Assembly: GCA_963850305.1 (NCBI GenBank)
Contig: CAWKKR010000007.1
Coordinates: 320,001-384,000, forward strand
Direction: 5' to 3'
Origin: an uncultured delta proteobacterium
Lineage (GTDB): Bacteria > Myxococcota_A > Polyangia > Polyangiales > Polyangiaceae
Length of the DNA stretch: 64,000 bases
A model generated the notes under the pieces. That model worked only from the letters and a program-made list of their open reading frames with translations. It was not told the origin of the DNA and did no database searches. Below, one piece after another: positions 20,272 through 30,023 of this stretch. A program made the translations under genes and the position numbers. Positions within the stretch are counted from its first letter, which is position 1, and the number at the start of each line of letters is the position of its first letter.

Positions 20272-21247
20272 CGCCGGGGATCGCCTGATTTGACTCCGCG
20301 CTTCGCCCCGCGGGTCGGCCTTGCTCGCCAAGCCATGCGGCTGCCCACGCGCGCGCCGCGAGGTCGCCCGAGCGACGGCGGAGCAGGCTCTCCATCATTC
20401 GCGCCCCGAGCGGCCCGACCGCGGTTCGATCCGCGGGTAGCCTCCGCGCCGTGGTGCTGAACCGATCCTCGCGTCCCGCCAGATCGGCCGCGACGAGCGC
20501 GGCGATGCGTGCATCGACGTTGCCGGGTTCGGCCGCAAGTACCCGGTCGGCCGTCTCCGAGCCGAGATCGGTTCTGCCGACCATGAGCGCTCTCAACGCC
20601 AGATCCGCGCCGTCGGCCCCGCTTGAATCCTGGGCCGACCTGATCGTCGTTCCGTCGCCGTCGACGGGCGCCTCTTCGAGCGCTTCGTCCGCGGAGAGGG
20701 GCTTCGTGGTGTGCCCGATGAACCGGTCGTGACGCAATGAAAGAGCCCGCAACCACCTGCTCGCCGTGCGGGGGTCGCCTGCCGAATCGAACGCCTGCAC
20801 GACCAGCAGACTGGTCGCTGCGTCGTCGGGCGATACGGCGGCGGCGTGGAGCGCCGCCGTGACCGCATTTTCCCCGTTGCCGCGCTTCAGGGCGCATTCC
20901 GCCGCCGCCGACCAGACATCCCCCAGGTCGGGGGCGAGCCTCTGGGCAAGGGTCAGCGCCGAATCCGCACCCGCCGGATTGGCGACGCAGAGGACGACTC
21001 CAAGGCGCGCGAGGATTCCCGGTGCGTTCGGGTCCTCCTTCAGGGCGGCATCGTAGGTGTCTGCGGCGTGGGTCTCGTCGCCCTGGGCCTCGAGGATCGC
21101 TCCGTCGAGGAATCGCGCATACGCCTCGGGAGAAATGAAGCGTCCATCGATGGATCGACCATCTTGCAGTCGTGCGACATCGGGGCCCGCGTGGCAGGCG
21201 AGGGCGCAGGCAAAGGGCAGGACGACGCCGAGGACCCGGTGCCGCAC
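20243..21247 (-). CDS. TPR-repeat lipoprotein
   Basis: Signal ending CALAC; helical repeats such as YDAALKEDPNAP and AQRLAPDLGDVW; abuts the HMGR stop codon. Confidence 0.7.
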   Translation of the reverse strand: MRHRVLGVVLPFACALACHAGPDVARLQDGRSIDGRFISPEAYARFLDGAILEAQGDETHAADTYDAALKEDPNAPGILARLGVVLCVANPAGADSALTLAQRLAPDLGDVWSAAAECALKRGNGENAVTAALHAAAVSPDDAATSLLVVQAFDSAGDPRTASRWLRALSLRHDRFIGHTTKPLSADEALEEAPVDGDGTTIRSAQDSSGADGADLALRALMVGRTDLGSETADRVLAAEPGNVDARIAALVAADLAGREDRFSTTARRLPADRTAVGPLGARMMESLLRRRSGDLAARAWAAAWLGEQGRPAGRSAESNQAIPGVRARLPSGS

Positions 21248-22588
21248 CTAATTCTCCGACGACGCTGGCTCCCGCAACGCGAGGAGCACCAGAGTGGCGG
21301 CCTCCAGGGTCACCGTCGACGTACGCGCGATCTCCTGCGCAACGGAGTCGACTTCCGTGCCTGTCGCTCCGGCCGCGATGGCGACGGAACGCGCGTGAAG
21401 CGACATGTGCCCACGCTGGATCCCCTCGGTCGCCAGCGCCCGGAGAGCCGCGAGGTTCGAGGCGAGCCCCGTCGACGCCGCGACCATGGCGAGCTCGTCC
21501 GCCGTCGTGACGCCGAGAATCTTCAGGGCGAGCCGAGCCGCCGCATGAACGCGGAGTGTCCCCCCGACAATCCCGAGCGCGAGCGGCATCTCGAGATCAC
21601 CCACCAGGTAGTTTCCCTCTCGTCGCCAGATCGCGAGCGGAGCATATCTGCCGCTTCTCGCGGCGAAAGCATGCGCGCCGGCTTCCACCGCACGGTAGTC
21701 GTTGCCGGTCGCCATGACGACGGAATCAACGCCGTTCATGATGCCCTTGTTGTGCGTGGCCGCCCGGTAGGGATCGAGTTCCGCGAAGCGCGAGGCCTGG
21801 ACGATCCGATCGACGATGGCGGCGGGTTCCATCCCGCGTTCGACCTGGGAGGCGTCACCGCTCGAGAGCATGGTGGCGACGCGTTCCTTCATCGCAAGAT
21901 CTCGGTCCAGCACGCGACCTCGCACGCGGACTCGTCTTCGATCCGAGAGATTCGTCAGAATCCGGAGGCCGAGGCTCCCTCCGGCGATCTCCCGCGCGCG
22001 AGGGCCCACGGCCTCCGCGATGCCGTTGACGAGGTTTGCCCCCATGGCGTCCCGACAATCGACATGGACGTGAATGACCACCGTGCCGTCACCGAGATCG
22101 CGGACCTCGATGGACCTCGGACCACCGCCGCGCGCAATGAGGTTACCGACCGCGCGCGCGCCGAGGTCGAGCAACTCCGTCTCGGCTGCGACCAGCCGGA
22201 CCCGCGCGCCTTCGGGATCCGGGACGTCGAAGAGCTGGACCTGCGTCGTCATGAGGTTCTCGAGCATCTCGGCATGAAAACCGCCGCTCGCGCGCACCAT
22301 CCGGGCGGCATTGGACGCTGCGGCAATGACGCTCGGCTCCTCGACGACCATCGGAACGAGACGGTCCACGTCATTGACCCTGACGTTCAGCGCGACGCCG
22401 AGCGGGAGTCCATAGACGCCCACGACGTTCTCCACGACCTTGTCCGCGGTTTCGGGGCGCAGCCCGCCTTGCTCGAGCGCGGCCTCGAGTTCTGCCATAT
22501 CGAGGCCCGTGAGTTCCACGAGCCGCGACCGTCGCTCCTGGAGGCTTAGCTTGTAAAAGCCGGGGATGCGCGAATTCCGGGTCTTCAT
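21248..22588 (-). CDS. mvaA: Class II HMG-CoA reductase
   Basis: SRIPGFYKL, ENVVG, EEPSVIAA, DAMGAN, RAATHNKGIMNG and GIQRGHMSLH. Confidence 0.96.
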   Translation of the reverse strand: MKTRNSRIPGFYKLSLQERRSRLVELTGLDMAELEAALEQGGLRPETADKVVENVVGVYGLPLGVALNVRVNDVDRLVPMVVEEPSVIAAASNAARMVRASGGFHAEMLENLMTTQVQLFDVPDPEGARVRLVAAETELLDLGARAVGNLIARGGGPRSIEVRDLGDGTVVIHVHVDCRDAMGANLVNGIAEAVGPRAREIAGGSLGLRILTNLSDRRRVRVRGRVLDRDLAMKERVATMLSSGDASQVERGMEPAAIVDRIVQASRFAELDPYRAATHNKGIMNGVDSVVMATGNDYRAVEAGAHAFAARSGRYAPLAIWRREGNYLVGDLEMPLALGIVGGTLRVHAAARLALKILGVTTADELAMVAASTGLASNLAALRALATEGIQRGHMSLHARSVAIAAGATGTEVDSVAQEIARTSTVTLEAATLVLLALREPASSEN

Positions 22589-23496
22589 GCTTTCGCGTCG
22601 TCGACGAGATGGAGTCCCGGCGCGCCGAGGCCCACGGCGAGCCGCTCCTGCCGCTCCGCGATGAACGCCGCCGCAAGGTTCGGTGAAGGGGGCTCGGTGC
22701 CTGCGTAGATGGCGATGTCGCCGCCGCCGGCTCCCGCCGGAACGACGACGGCGTTCTCCTCCGCGGCCAGGTCCGCGAGGCGCGAAACCTCGCGCGTCAC
22801 GATCCGCGTCCCCGCGTGTTCTCCGAGATCGACCAGGCCGCGGAGTTGGTCCCGCAGTGCACGCACGACATCGGCTGCGGCGCCCTCGTCGAACGATCGT
22901 TCGGCATCTTCCGCGGCTGCCCGGAGGTTCTCGATGACTCCGTCGTACTCATGTGGGGAGCGCGCCTTGAAAGCGCGCACGCGTCCGACGAGCTCCGAGG
23001 TCGACGCGGGCATGCCCGCGAAGAGCACGTTGATGTGCAGCCCCTCGGGGATGGCCGTGTTTCGCATGGACAGCCCGGTCCCTTTCTTCACGGCGATGAT
23101 CGTTCCCCCGTGGACACTGGTCGCGACGTCCACCCCGCTGCCACCGCCCTGTGCGGAACGATGCGCGACGAGAGCCGGCTCGAAAACCGCGCGACGCAGG
23201 TCTTCTGTTTTCGTGATACCGCGATCCTTGGCCATGAGTGCACCGAGAGATGCGACGAGAATTGCGGCACTGGACCCGAGCCCGAGCTTCTGGTCCCTGG
23301 CCCGAAGTTCGCCCGCGTCGAACCACGGCGGCTTCCCGTCTTTCACCGCGGCCCGCACCTCCGGTGTCAGGAAGTCCGATGTTCTCGACGCATCGGCGGT
23401 CACGTAGCGGTCGACTGCGGTGACGATTGCAGGTGCTCCCTCGAGCACGGCATACGCTCCTGAGATGACGATCTTTCCCGGTGCGCGCGCGATCAA
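22585..23496 (-). CDS. Phosphomevalonate kinase (GHMP family)
   Basis: APGKIVISGAYAVLEG, KLGLGSSAA, GSGVDVA and AGAGGGD; lies between MVD and HMGR; TTG start overlaps the mvaD stop. Confidence 0.85.
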   Translation of the reverse strand: MIARAPGKIVISGAYAVLEGAPAIVTAVDRYVTADASRTSDFLTPEVRAAVKDGKPPWFDAGELRARDQKLGLGSSAAILVASLGALMAKDRGITKTEDLRRAVFEPALVAHRSAQGGGSGVDVATSVHGGTIIAVKKGTGLSMRNTAIPEGLHINVLFAGMPASTSELVGRVRAFKARSPHEYDGVIENLRAAAEDAERSFDEGAAADVVRALRDQLRGLVDLGEHAGTRIVTREVSRLADLAAEENAVVVPAGAGGGDIAIYAGTEPPSPNLAAAFIAERQERLAVGLGAPGLHLVDDAKA

Positions 23497-24476
23497 GCGG
23501 ACCTCTTTTCCGTTTCGTGTTCGACCCGAGCGTCCGAGCCCGGCTTGCATTGGATGACCTGTAGAACGCCTTGAACTGCGGCGAGAGCCGCGGCCACGTC
23601 GACCGCACGCTCCGGCGAGGTGAGGACCTTTACATGGGGTCCAGCATCCATGGTGAAAAATGCCGGCAGCCCCGCGGCGCGGAGTTCGCGCACCCGCTCC
23701 ATGACGGCGAGGGTCACGGGCGAGAAGTACACGATGGGCGGGTCGGCGGCGAACATGGAAGCGTGCATGGCGAGGGCGCTCGCTTCGACGGCGGGGCCGA
23801 GCATGGCGAGATCGCCATCTAGCACGGCGCGGCGAATGCGCTCGTACAGATGCGGCGCAGCATCGACCCATGCTGCATAGTAGGGGCTGGTGGCGGCGGT
23901 TCGGAGCATTCCTTCCGTGGATCCGACCTCTTTCTCTCCCGCGCGGGTCAGCGCCACGACCATGGAGAGTGGGAAATGAGCGCCGCTCGCCAGGGGCTCC
24001 GCGTGCTCCGCGCGCGCCGGCAAGACGACGAAGCCGCCGTAGAGCGAGCGCGCCGCGGACACGGACGCCGCGCGCGCCATCGCGCTGACCTCATGGATCG
24101 GAAGAGCGAGGCCCGCGGCCCGCGTCGCCGCGAGAGCGAGGGCGGCAAACCCGGACGCACTCGATGCAAGTCCCGCCGCCGTGGGGAAACTGTTCTGCGA
24201 CGTCACACGCGCCCTGTGGGACGAACCCGAGAGTGTCCGTACGCCGTCGAGCATTGCGACGACCCGCTTCTTCTCCTTTTCGCGCGCACTGCGACCGTCG
24301 AGCAAGACTTCGTCTTCTGTGAGCGAGTCATCGAAGGCCACTTCGGTGCGTGTCGTGAGCGCATCGAGCGTCAGCGAAAGGCTGGGCACGGCAGCAAGGT
24401 TCCTTTTTTCGTCGGCCTTTCCCCAGTATTTGGCGAGCGCTATGTTCGCGTGAGCAACGGCGGTCGCGCGGCTCAC
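23493..24476 (-). CDS. mvaD: Diphosphomevalonate decarboxylase
   Basis: AHANIALAKYWGK, SFPTAAGLASSASGFAAL and FTMDAGPHVK. Confidence 0.95.
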   Translation of the reverse strand: MSRATAVAHANIALAKYWGKADEKRNLAAVPSLSLTLDALTTRTEVAFDDSLTEDEVLLDGRSAREKEKKRVVAMLDGVRTLSGSSHRARVTSQNSFPTAAGLASSASGFAALALAATRAAGLALPIHEVSAMARAASVSAARSLYGGFVVLPARAEHAEPLASGAHFPLSMVVALTRAGEKEVGSTEGMLRTAATSPYYAAWVDAAPHLYERIRRAVLDGDLAMLGPAVEASALAMHASMFAADPPIVYFSPVTLAVMERVRELRAAGLPAFFTMDAGPHVKVLTSPERAVDVAAALAAVQGVLQVIQCKPGSDARVEHETEKRSA

Positions 24477-25396
24477 GGCGCCACCGTCCGCGATCCGTCC
24501 GGCGAGGGCACGTCTCGAACCACCGTCTCGAAGCAGGCGAGCCCGTGGGCGCGCCACGCGGCCAGGATGGGCTCCGCGGGCCCATCCGCCAGCGCGATGA
24601 CGCAGCCTCCGCCGCCTCCGCCCGTCAACTTCGCGCCGAGCGCGCCGGCGTCGCGTGCCCAGTTGCACGCGAGCTCGATCTCTTCCGTCGAGAGAAACAA
24701 CCCCGCGAGGAGCATTTGATTGAAGTCGAACAGCTTTCCGAGGCCTGGTAGGTCTCCCGCTTCGAGGCAGAGTGCCGCATTTTTCACGAGAGATTCGATC
24801 CCGAGAAACGACTTTTCGACCATGTCCTTCTTTCGTGCACGAAGCTGAGCGAGGCCCTCGACCATGGTGCGGGTGCTCGCGGGCGGTCCGGCGACAGCGA
24901 TCGCCAGAGACAGCTCACGAGCGAGCCGGATCCGGCGCACTCCCTCGCCGCGCGTGTAGAGGACGCACCCGCCGTGAGCCGCCGCCCAGGCATCGACGCC
25001 CGAGGGGTTCCCGTGAAAGACCCGCTCCCACGCCATGGCCGCATCGACGATTCGACTGAGCTCGGCGTCCGGGGAGCCTTGCCACTCGAACACTGCTCGC
25101 GCCACCGCGACGGCGATCGCGGCGGACCCTCCGAGCCCCACGCCAGGCGGAATCTGAAGCGAAACCTCGACGTCGCATGGAGGCGACCCGACCGCGGCGA
25201 GCAGCGCCGCGAACCCGGCGCCGAGTTCCGAACCGTCACCTGCATGGGCAGCACGTTCACCGACCCGAAGCGAAGCTCGCGACGACGCCGTGGCATGCGC
25301 CGTGGCGCCTCGATCGAGGCCGGCCGCGATGGCGGGCATGCCGTACACGACGGCATGCTCGCCCAGGAGGATCGCTTTTCCGCACGAGGAGGCCAT
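24473..25396 (-). CDS. mvk: Mevalonate kinase
   Basis: GKAILLGEHAVVYG, IPPGVGLGGSAA, HGNPSGVD and GAKLTGGGGGG. Confidence 0.94.
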   Translation of the reverse strand: MASSCGKAILLGEHAVVYGMPAIAAGLDRGATAHATASSRASLRVGERAAHAGDGSELGAGFAALLAAVGSPPCDVEVSLQIPPGVGLGGSAAIAVAVARAVFEWQGSPDAELSRIVDAAMAWERVFHGNPSGVDAWAAAHGGCVLYTRGEGVRRIRLARELSLAIAVAGPPASTRTMVEGLAQLRARKKDMVEKSFLGIESLVKNAALCLEAGDLPGLGKLFDFNQMLLAGLFLSTEEIELACNWARDAGALGAKLTGGGGGGCVIALADGPAEPILAAWRAHGLACFETVVRDVPSPDGSRTVAP

Positions 25397-26511
25397 CAGT
25401 TCGTTCGATCCGTCAGCGCGTCGATCGCGCCTACCAGCAGCTTCCGTTGCCCGTTCGAGAGCCGTCCCTCCGCGACGGCCGCGAGGGCCTCGTCCGCGAG
25501 TTCCTGGATGCGCTTTTCGACGGCCAGCTTCGCGCCGCAGCGGGCCATGGCCTCGGCGGCTCGCCGCAGCTCACCCTCGGTGGCCCGGCCATTCCCGAAC
25601 GCTCGACGTATGATCTCGAGATCCTTACCCCTGGCGAGATCGAACGCAATCTGCGCGAGGAGGGTGCGTTTGCCGCTTCGGAGATCGTTTGCGAAAGGCT
25701 TGCCGGTGTCCGACGGTGCGCCGAACGCGCTGAGCAGATCGTCACGCAGCTGGAACGCAACGCCGGCGGGAAGTGCAAAGCGCTCGAGGGTTGTCAGGAG
25801 GGATGCGGATGCCCCCGCGAGCACGGCGCCCAGACGGAGCGGGCCGGCGACCGTGTAGCTTCCTGTCTTCAGGACGTAGGTCTTCTCGATGTCGGACGTT
25901 CGCCCGGTGAGATCGAGCTGCTGCCCGGCGACGGCGTCAACCTGCATCTGAGCGAACGCGGCGAGTGCACGATGGAGGCGGGAGGGCGCGATGTCGACTC
26001 GCGAGAGGGCTTCGGTCGCGAGCGCAACGCCCAGATCGCCCGCGAGGACTGCCGAAGCTGCGCCCGTCGTCTCGGAGGCGTACTTCCGGGAGAGCATCAC
26101 GTGAACGGTCGGTCCTCCGCGACGGATATCGTCGTCGTCCATCCAATCATCGTGGATGAGGAAGTAAGCGTGGAGGAGCTCGATCGCGACCCCTGCGTCG
26201 AGCGCCGGCTCGAGATCCGCGGAAGCACTCGCCGAGCGATAACCTGCCACGACGAGTGCTGCTCGCAGTCGCTTCCCTCCGCGGAGGCAGAGCTCGCGGA
26301 GCGCCAGCGCGATCTCGACGACGTCAGCGCCGTGTTCCCTGGCGGCGTCCACCTTGGCGTCGAGCAAGCCCGCGAGCCGCGTGTCGACGTCGCGTCGAAC
26401 CGTGTCGATCAGCGCGATGAATGGATTCGCGCGAATGGGTTTCGCCCCTTGCCTGCGAGGCGCGCCGCCCCGGTTCCGGCTTCGCGTGGAAGCCCTTGTC
26501 TTCGCAGGCAT
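25396..26511 (-). CDS. Short-chain polyprenyl diphosphate synthase (FPP/GGPP synthase family)
   Basis: GGKRLR, FARM AYFLIHDDWMD-DDDIRRG, GQQLDL, KTGSY, FQLRDD and DLRSGKRT. Confidence 0.92.
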   Translation of the reverse strand: MPAKTRASTRSRNRGGAPRRQGAKPIRANPFIALIDTVRRDVDTRLAGLLDAKVDAAREHGADVVEIALALRELCLRGGKRLRAALVVAGYRSASASADLEPALDAGVAIELLHAYFLIHDDWMDDDDIRRGGPTVHVMLSRKYASETTGAASAVLAGDLGVALATEALSRVDIAPSRLHRALAAFAQMQVDAVAGQQLDLTGRTSDIEKTYVLKTGSYTVAGPLRLGAVLAGASASLLTTLERFALPAGVAFQLRDDLLSAFGAPSDTGKPFANDLRSGKRTLLAQIAFDLARGKDLEIIRRAFGNGRATEGELRRAAEAMARCGAKLAVEKRIQELADEALAAVAEGRLSNGQRKLLVGAIDALTDRTN

Positions 26512-26620
26512 TTTTTGGGCAGTAGCCTAGGAGGCCGCGGGCGCGCCGTCAACGCCGCGCGCAGCCGGGCGGGTGCGAGAGGCTTGCGCTCTGGATGCTC
26601 CGGGCGCTTTGCTGGGTGAA

Positions 26621-27673
26621 ATGGCCGACATCTCGACACGAAAGTCCGACCATCTCGACCTGGCAACCTCTGGGAACGTTGGATTCAAGTCGACGACTAC
26701 CCTGCTCGAAAACGTGCGGCTCGTCCACGACGCATTACCGGAGCTGTCCTTCGAGGCCATCGACGCGTCGGCCCGAATGCTCGGGAAGACGTTGCGAGCG
26801 CCGCTGCTCATCGCGGCCATGACCGGTGGTACCGAACGTGCGGAACGTATCAACCGTGAGCTAGCCGCCATCGCCGAAGAACGTGGCTACGCTTTCGGGC
26901 TGGGTAGTCAGCGGGCGATGATGAAGAAACCGGAGACGCGCGGCTCGTACGTCGTCCGAGACGTTGCCCCCACGGCGTTGATCCTCGCCAACATCGGCGG
27001 AGTGCAGGCGACGGCGATGACCGTCGAGGCCGCCCGCGAGCTCGTCGAGACCATCGGTGCGGACGCCCTCTGCGTCCACTTGAACCCCGCGATGGAGATC
27101 GTGCAGGCCGATGGCGACAGGGATTTTCGTGGCGTGCTCGAGACGCTCCGGCGCTTCTCGGAGGAACTCCCGTTTCCAATCATCGCGAAGGAGACCGGCT
27201 GTGGCTTGTCGGCGGGGGTCGCGCGGCGCCTCGTCGCCGCCGGCGTCCGGCACGTCGACGTGTCGGGTGCGGGCGGCACTTCCTGGGTCGCCGTCGAAGC
27301 GGAGCGCGCCCAGGGGACCCAGCGAATGCTGGGCGATCGATTCCGTGAGTGGGGGATCCCGACGGCGGCGAGCGTGGCGTTCGTCGCCGAGGCAGGGTTC
27401 CGGACCATCTTTGCGACCGGCGGGGTCACGAACGGACTCGAGGCGGCGAAGGCAATCGCTCTCGGCGCGTCGGCGGCCGGGCTCGCGCGAGTGGCCCTGC
27501 AGGAGCTGGAGCGAGGCGGCCGAGACGGTGCGTCGGCATTCTTCGACAGGGTCGAGCTCGAACTCAGGACGACCATGCTCCTCACCGGCAGTCGTACCGT
27601 CGACGATCTGAGACGCGCGCCGCGGCTCGTCGTGGGCGAACTCGCCGAGTGGCTCCGTCAGGCAGGCCGCTGA
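26621..27673 (+). CDS. fni: Type 2 isopentenyl-diphosphate isomerase (IDI-2)
   Basis: RKSDHL, AMTGG, GSQRA, HLNPAME, KETGCG, DVSGAGGTSW and WGIPT. Confidence 0.96.
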   Translation: MADISTRKSDHLDLATSGNVGFKSTTTLLENVRLVHDALPELSFEAIDASARMLGKTLRAPLLIAAMTGGTERAERINRELAAIAEERGYAFGLGSQRAMMKKPETRGSYVVRDVAPTALILANIGGVQATAMTVEAARELVETIGADALCVHLNPAMEIVQADGDRDFRGVLETLRRFSEELPFPIIAKETGCGLSAGVARRLVAAGVRHVDVSGAGGTSWVAVEAERAQGTQRMLGDRFREWGIPTAASVAFVAEAGFRTIFATGGVTNGLEAAKAIALGASAAGLARVALQELERGGRDGASAFFDRVELELRTTMLLTGSRTVDDLRRAPRLVVGELAEWLRQAGR

Positions 27674-27705
27674 CCTCGCCGCGGACGGCAAGCGGAACGA
27701 CGCCG

Positions 27706-28776
27706 ATGGTCCGATCCCGTCTCGCGCGCGTCCTCGTCACCTTGCTCGTTCTCGGGTTCGCGGCGTTCTGCGTGAGGGCGGCGTGGGTGCGGATTGCCGC
27801 TCGCTGGGCGAAACGCAGCGCACCTGCCCAACGCAGCTACTCCGACGTCGACATGATCAGCGACGGGTCCGCGCCGCGAGTCACGTTACGAGTCGCTCGA
27901 TGGCCTGGCCTTCGGTACCGCTTCGTCATTCGATCCGCAGGGGCGCTCGGGCTCGAAAACCAGCCCCTGGTGTTCGGGCCGACCGTTACCATGACGTTCG
28001 ACAATGACGTCGTGCGTGGGAGCGCGGACCCCATCGTCGAGCGGCGGAACGGGGCGATCATGCGCCTCATCGAGGAACGCTCCGTGCTCGAGGGCATTCA
28101 CGTGAGCCTCGACACGGCGCCCAAGCCGCTCGTCGATTTCTGGAACCAGGCGCTTGTCCCGCTTCGCGGCACCGCGTTCAAGCAGCGCGTCACCGAGCTC
28201 GCAGGCATCGCATGGCTGAAGACCGAGCTGCTCGGAGGTCAGCGCCCCCCCGACGCCGTGCGTGCCGCGCTCGATGGCGCGCTCGAGACCCAGAGGCACT
28301 TCCCCTTTCGGCTTCCGCCCGTCGCGGTCGGAACCGGAGCCCGATGGCGCTTTCACGAGCAGGTGACCGTGAACGGCGCCCAGGTCCTTCAGATCGCGGA
28401 AATGTCACTGAAGTCGATCGATGCGAACCTCGCCGTGGTCGGCCTCGTGATCCGGCAGGAAGCCCCCCGCCAGGAGGTGCCGCATCCGCTGGTTCCGGGT
28501 CAGAAAGCGATGCTCGAGCAGTTCCAGGGTTGGGGCGACGGCGAGCTCACGGTCGATCGGCTCACGGCCATCGTCGTCCAGGGCCACTTCGCCGGTCGAT
28601 GCCGTTTCACGTTGAGCGGCGACGTCGCGGGGAAGCACGGCGTCGCGACGTTAATCGGCGCGTCGCTCATTCGTACGGACTCGACCATCTTGCCCGATGC
28701 AGACGCGGGCGCGGATGATCCCGAACCCCTGCAGCCCGGGCCAGCCACGGCGTCAACGGACGCGGGCGGGCCGTGA
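27706..28776 (+). CDS. Hypothetical membrane-anchored or exported protein (beta-rich)
   Basis: N-terminal TM helix; LPPVAVGTGARW pattern seen in DUF6263-like proteins; GTGA coupling to the next gene. Confidence 0.6.
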   Translation: MVRSRLARVLVTLLVLGFAAFCVRAAWVRIAARWAKRSAPAQRSYSDVDMISDGSAPRVTLRVARWPGLRYRFVIRSAGALGLENQPLVFGPTVTMTFDNDVVRGSADPIVERRNGAIMRLIEERSVLEGIHVSLDTAPKPLVDFWNQALVPLRGTAFKQRVTELAGIAWLKTELLGGQRPPDAVRAALDGALETQRHFPFRLPPVAVGTGARWRFHEQVTVNGAQVLQIAEMSLKSIDANLAVVGLVIRQEAPRQEVPHPLVPGQKAMLEQFQGWGDGELTVDRLTAIVVQGHFAGRCRFTLSGDVAGKHGVATLIGASLIRTDSTILPDADAGADDPEPLQPGPATASTDAGGP

Positions 28777-30023
28777 CCGCGGAGCCGCGGCCCACGAAAG
28801 CCGCTCTGCGAAGCCCGGGGTGGTTCCGTCGAGTGCTGCGTCCGACGCTGCTCGCGAACCACTATCCGCCGCTGCATGGCCTCCGTGTCTTTGGCATTCT
28901 GTCCGTCATCCAGATCCACCTCGCGTCGGTGGCGTCCGCCCACGGTCTTCTGTCGCTCACCGACCCGGTCTTCGTGATCTCCCAGCGGATCTGGTTCGGA
29001 ATGGATCTGTTCTTTTTCTTGAGCGGATTCTTGATCGGCAATCTGCTCCTCGTCGCCGAGGCTGGCGACGGCTCGCGCGGCATTCTCCGGTTCTACGTGC
29101 GGCGTACGTTCCGGATCGTGCCCCTCTACTACGTCGTGCTGACCGCTCTCGCACTGGCCGAACCCCGGAACTCGACGCACCTGGGCCAGCTCGGACGCGA
29201 ATACCTCTACTTGACCAATTACTCTGACACGTCGCACACGGTGATGTTCTGGGGCTGGTCACTCTCCGCCGAGGAACACTTCTACCTGGCCGTGCCGATC
29301 CTGCTCGTCCTCGTGTCTTACCTGCGCTCCGATCGCGCCCGGATCACTGCCTTGACGTTCCTGTGGCTGAGCGGAGCTGGGGTCCGCGCCGCCATCCTCT
29401 TCAACCAGCGCGTGCCGTTCGACCTTTTTCACTATTTCCAGGCGATGTACATTCCGACGCATACGCGGTACGACATTCTCGTCGCGGGCGTACTCCTCGC
29501 CTATGTGTTCCGCGCTCACGGCGACACGCTGCGGGAATGGATGTCTCGTGGAGCGGTTCAGACCGGTTCGCTCATGCTCACCGCCGCGCTCCTCGCCGCG
29601 CTCATGACGAAGCTGCCGTATTCGTCGTTCGGTCTCTGGTGCGTGCTGTCCACGGGAACCGTGACGGGCCTGCTTTACGCGAACTTGACCCTGTACCTTC
29701 TCACGGTCGACGGGGTTCTCGCACGGTTCCTCGGGGCTCGAACCTTTCTCTGGCTCGCGACGCTCGGGTACGGCGTGTACCTCGTTCACTATCCGATCGT
29801 GACCTCGGCGGGCCTCGCCGGCTATTTCTTCACCACGGCGAAGCTGGTACCGAGCCCCGCGATCGCTCTCGTCGTCGGAACGCTGATCGTGTTCGGTCTC
29901 TCCCTCGGGATCGCGTATCTCCTGCACCTTCTTGTCGAAAAGCCCGCGCTGCTTGCTCGGGATGCGCTCACTTCCCGGAATCGGGCGCGCCCTCCCGCGG
30001 GTGCGGCGTCACCGGCCGCATGA
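28773..30023 (+). CDS. Acyltransferase family 3 (OafA/OatA-like membrane O-acyltransferase)
   Basis: LHGLR, GMDLFFFLSGFLI, FYVRRTFRIVPLYY, WSLSAEEHFY, GYGVYLVH and LVEKP. Confidence 0.92.
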   Translation: MTAEPRPTKAALRSPGWFRRVLRPTLLANHYPPLHGLRVFGILSVIQIHLASVASAHGLLSLTDPVFVISQRIWFGMDLFFFLSGFLIGNLLLVAEAGDGSRGILRFYVRRTFRIVPLYYVVLTALALAEPRNSTHLGQLGREYLYLTNYSDTSHTVMFWGWSLSAEEHFYLAVPILLVLVSYLRSDRARITALTFLWLSGAGVRAAILFNQRVPFDLFHYFQAMYIPTHTRYDILVAGVLLAYVFRAHGDTLREWMSRGAVQTGSLMLTAALLAALMTKLPYSSFGLWCVLSTGTVTGLLYANLTLYLLTVDGVLARFLGARTFLWLATLGYGVYLVHYPIVTSAGLAGYFFTTAKLVPSPAIALVVGTLIVFGLSLGIAYLLHLLVEKPALLARDALTSRNRARPPAGAASPAA

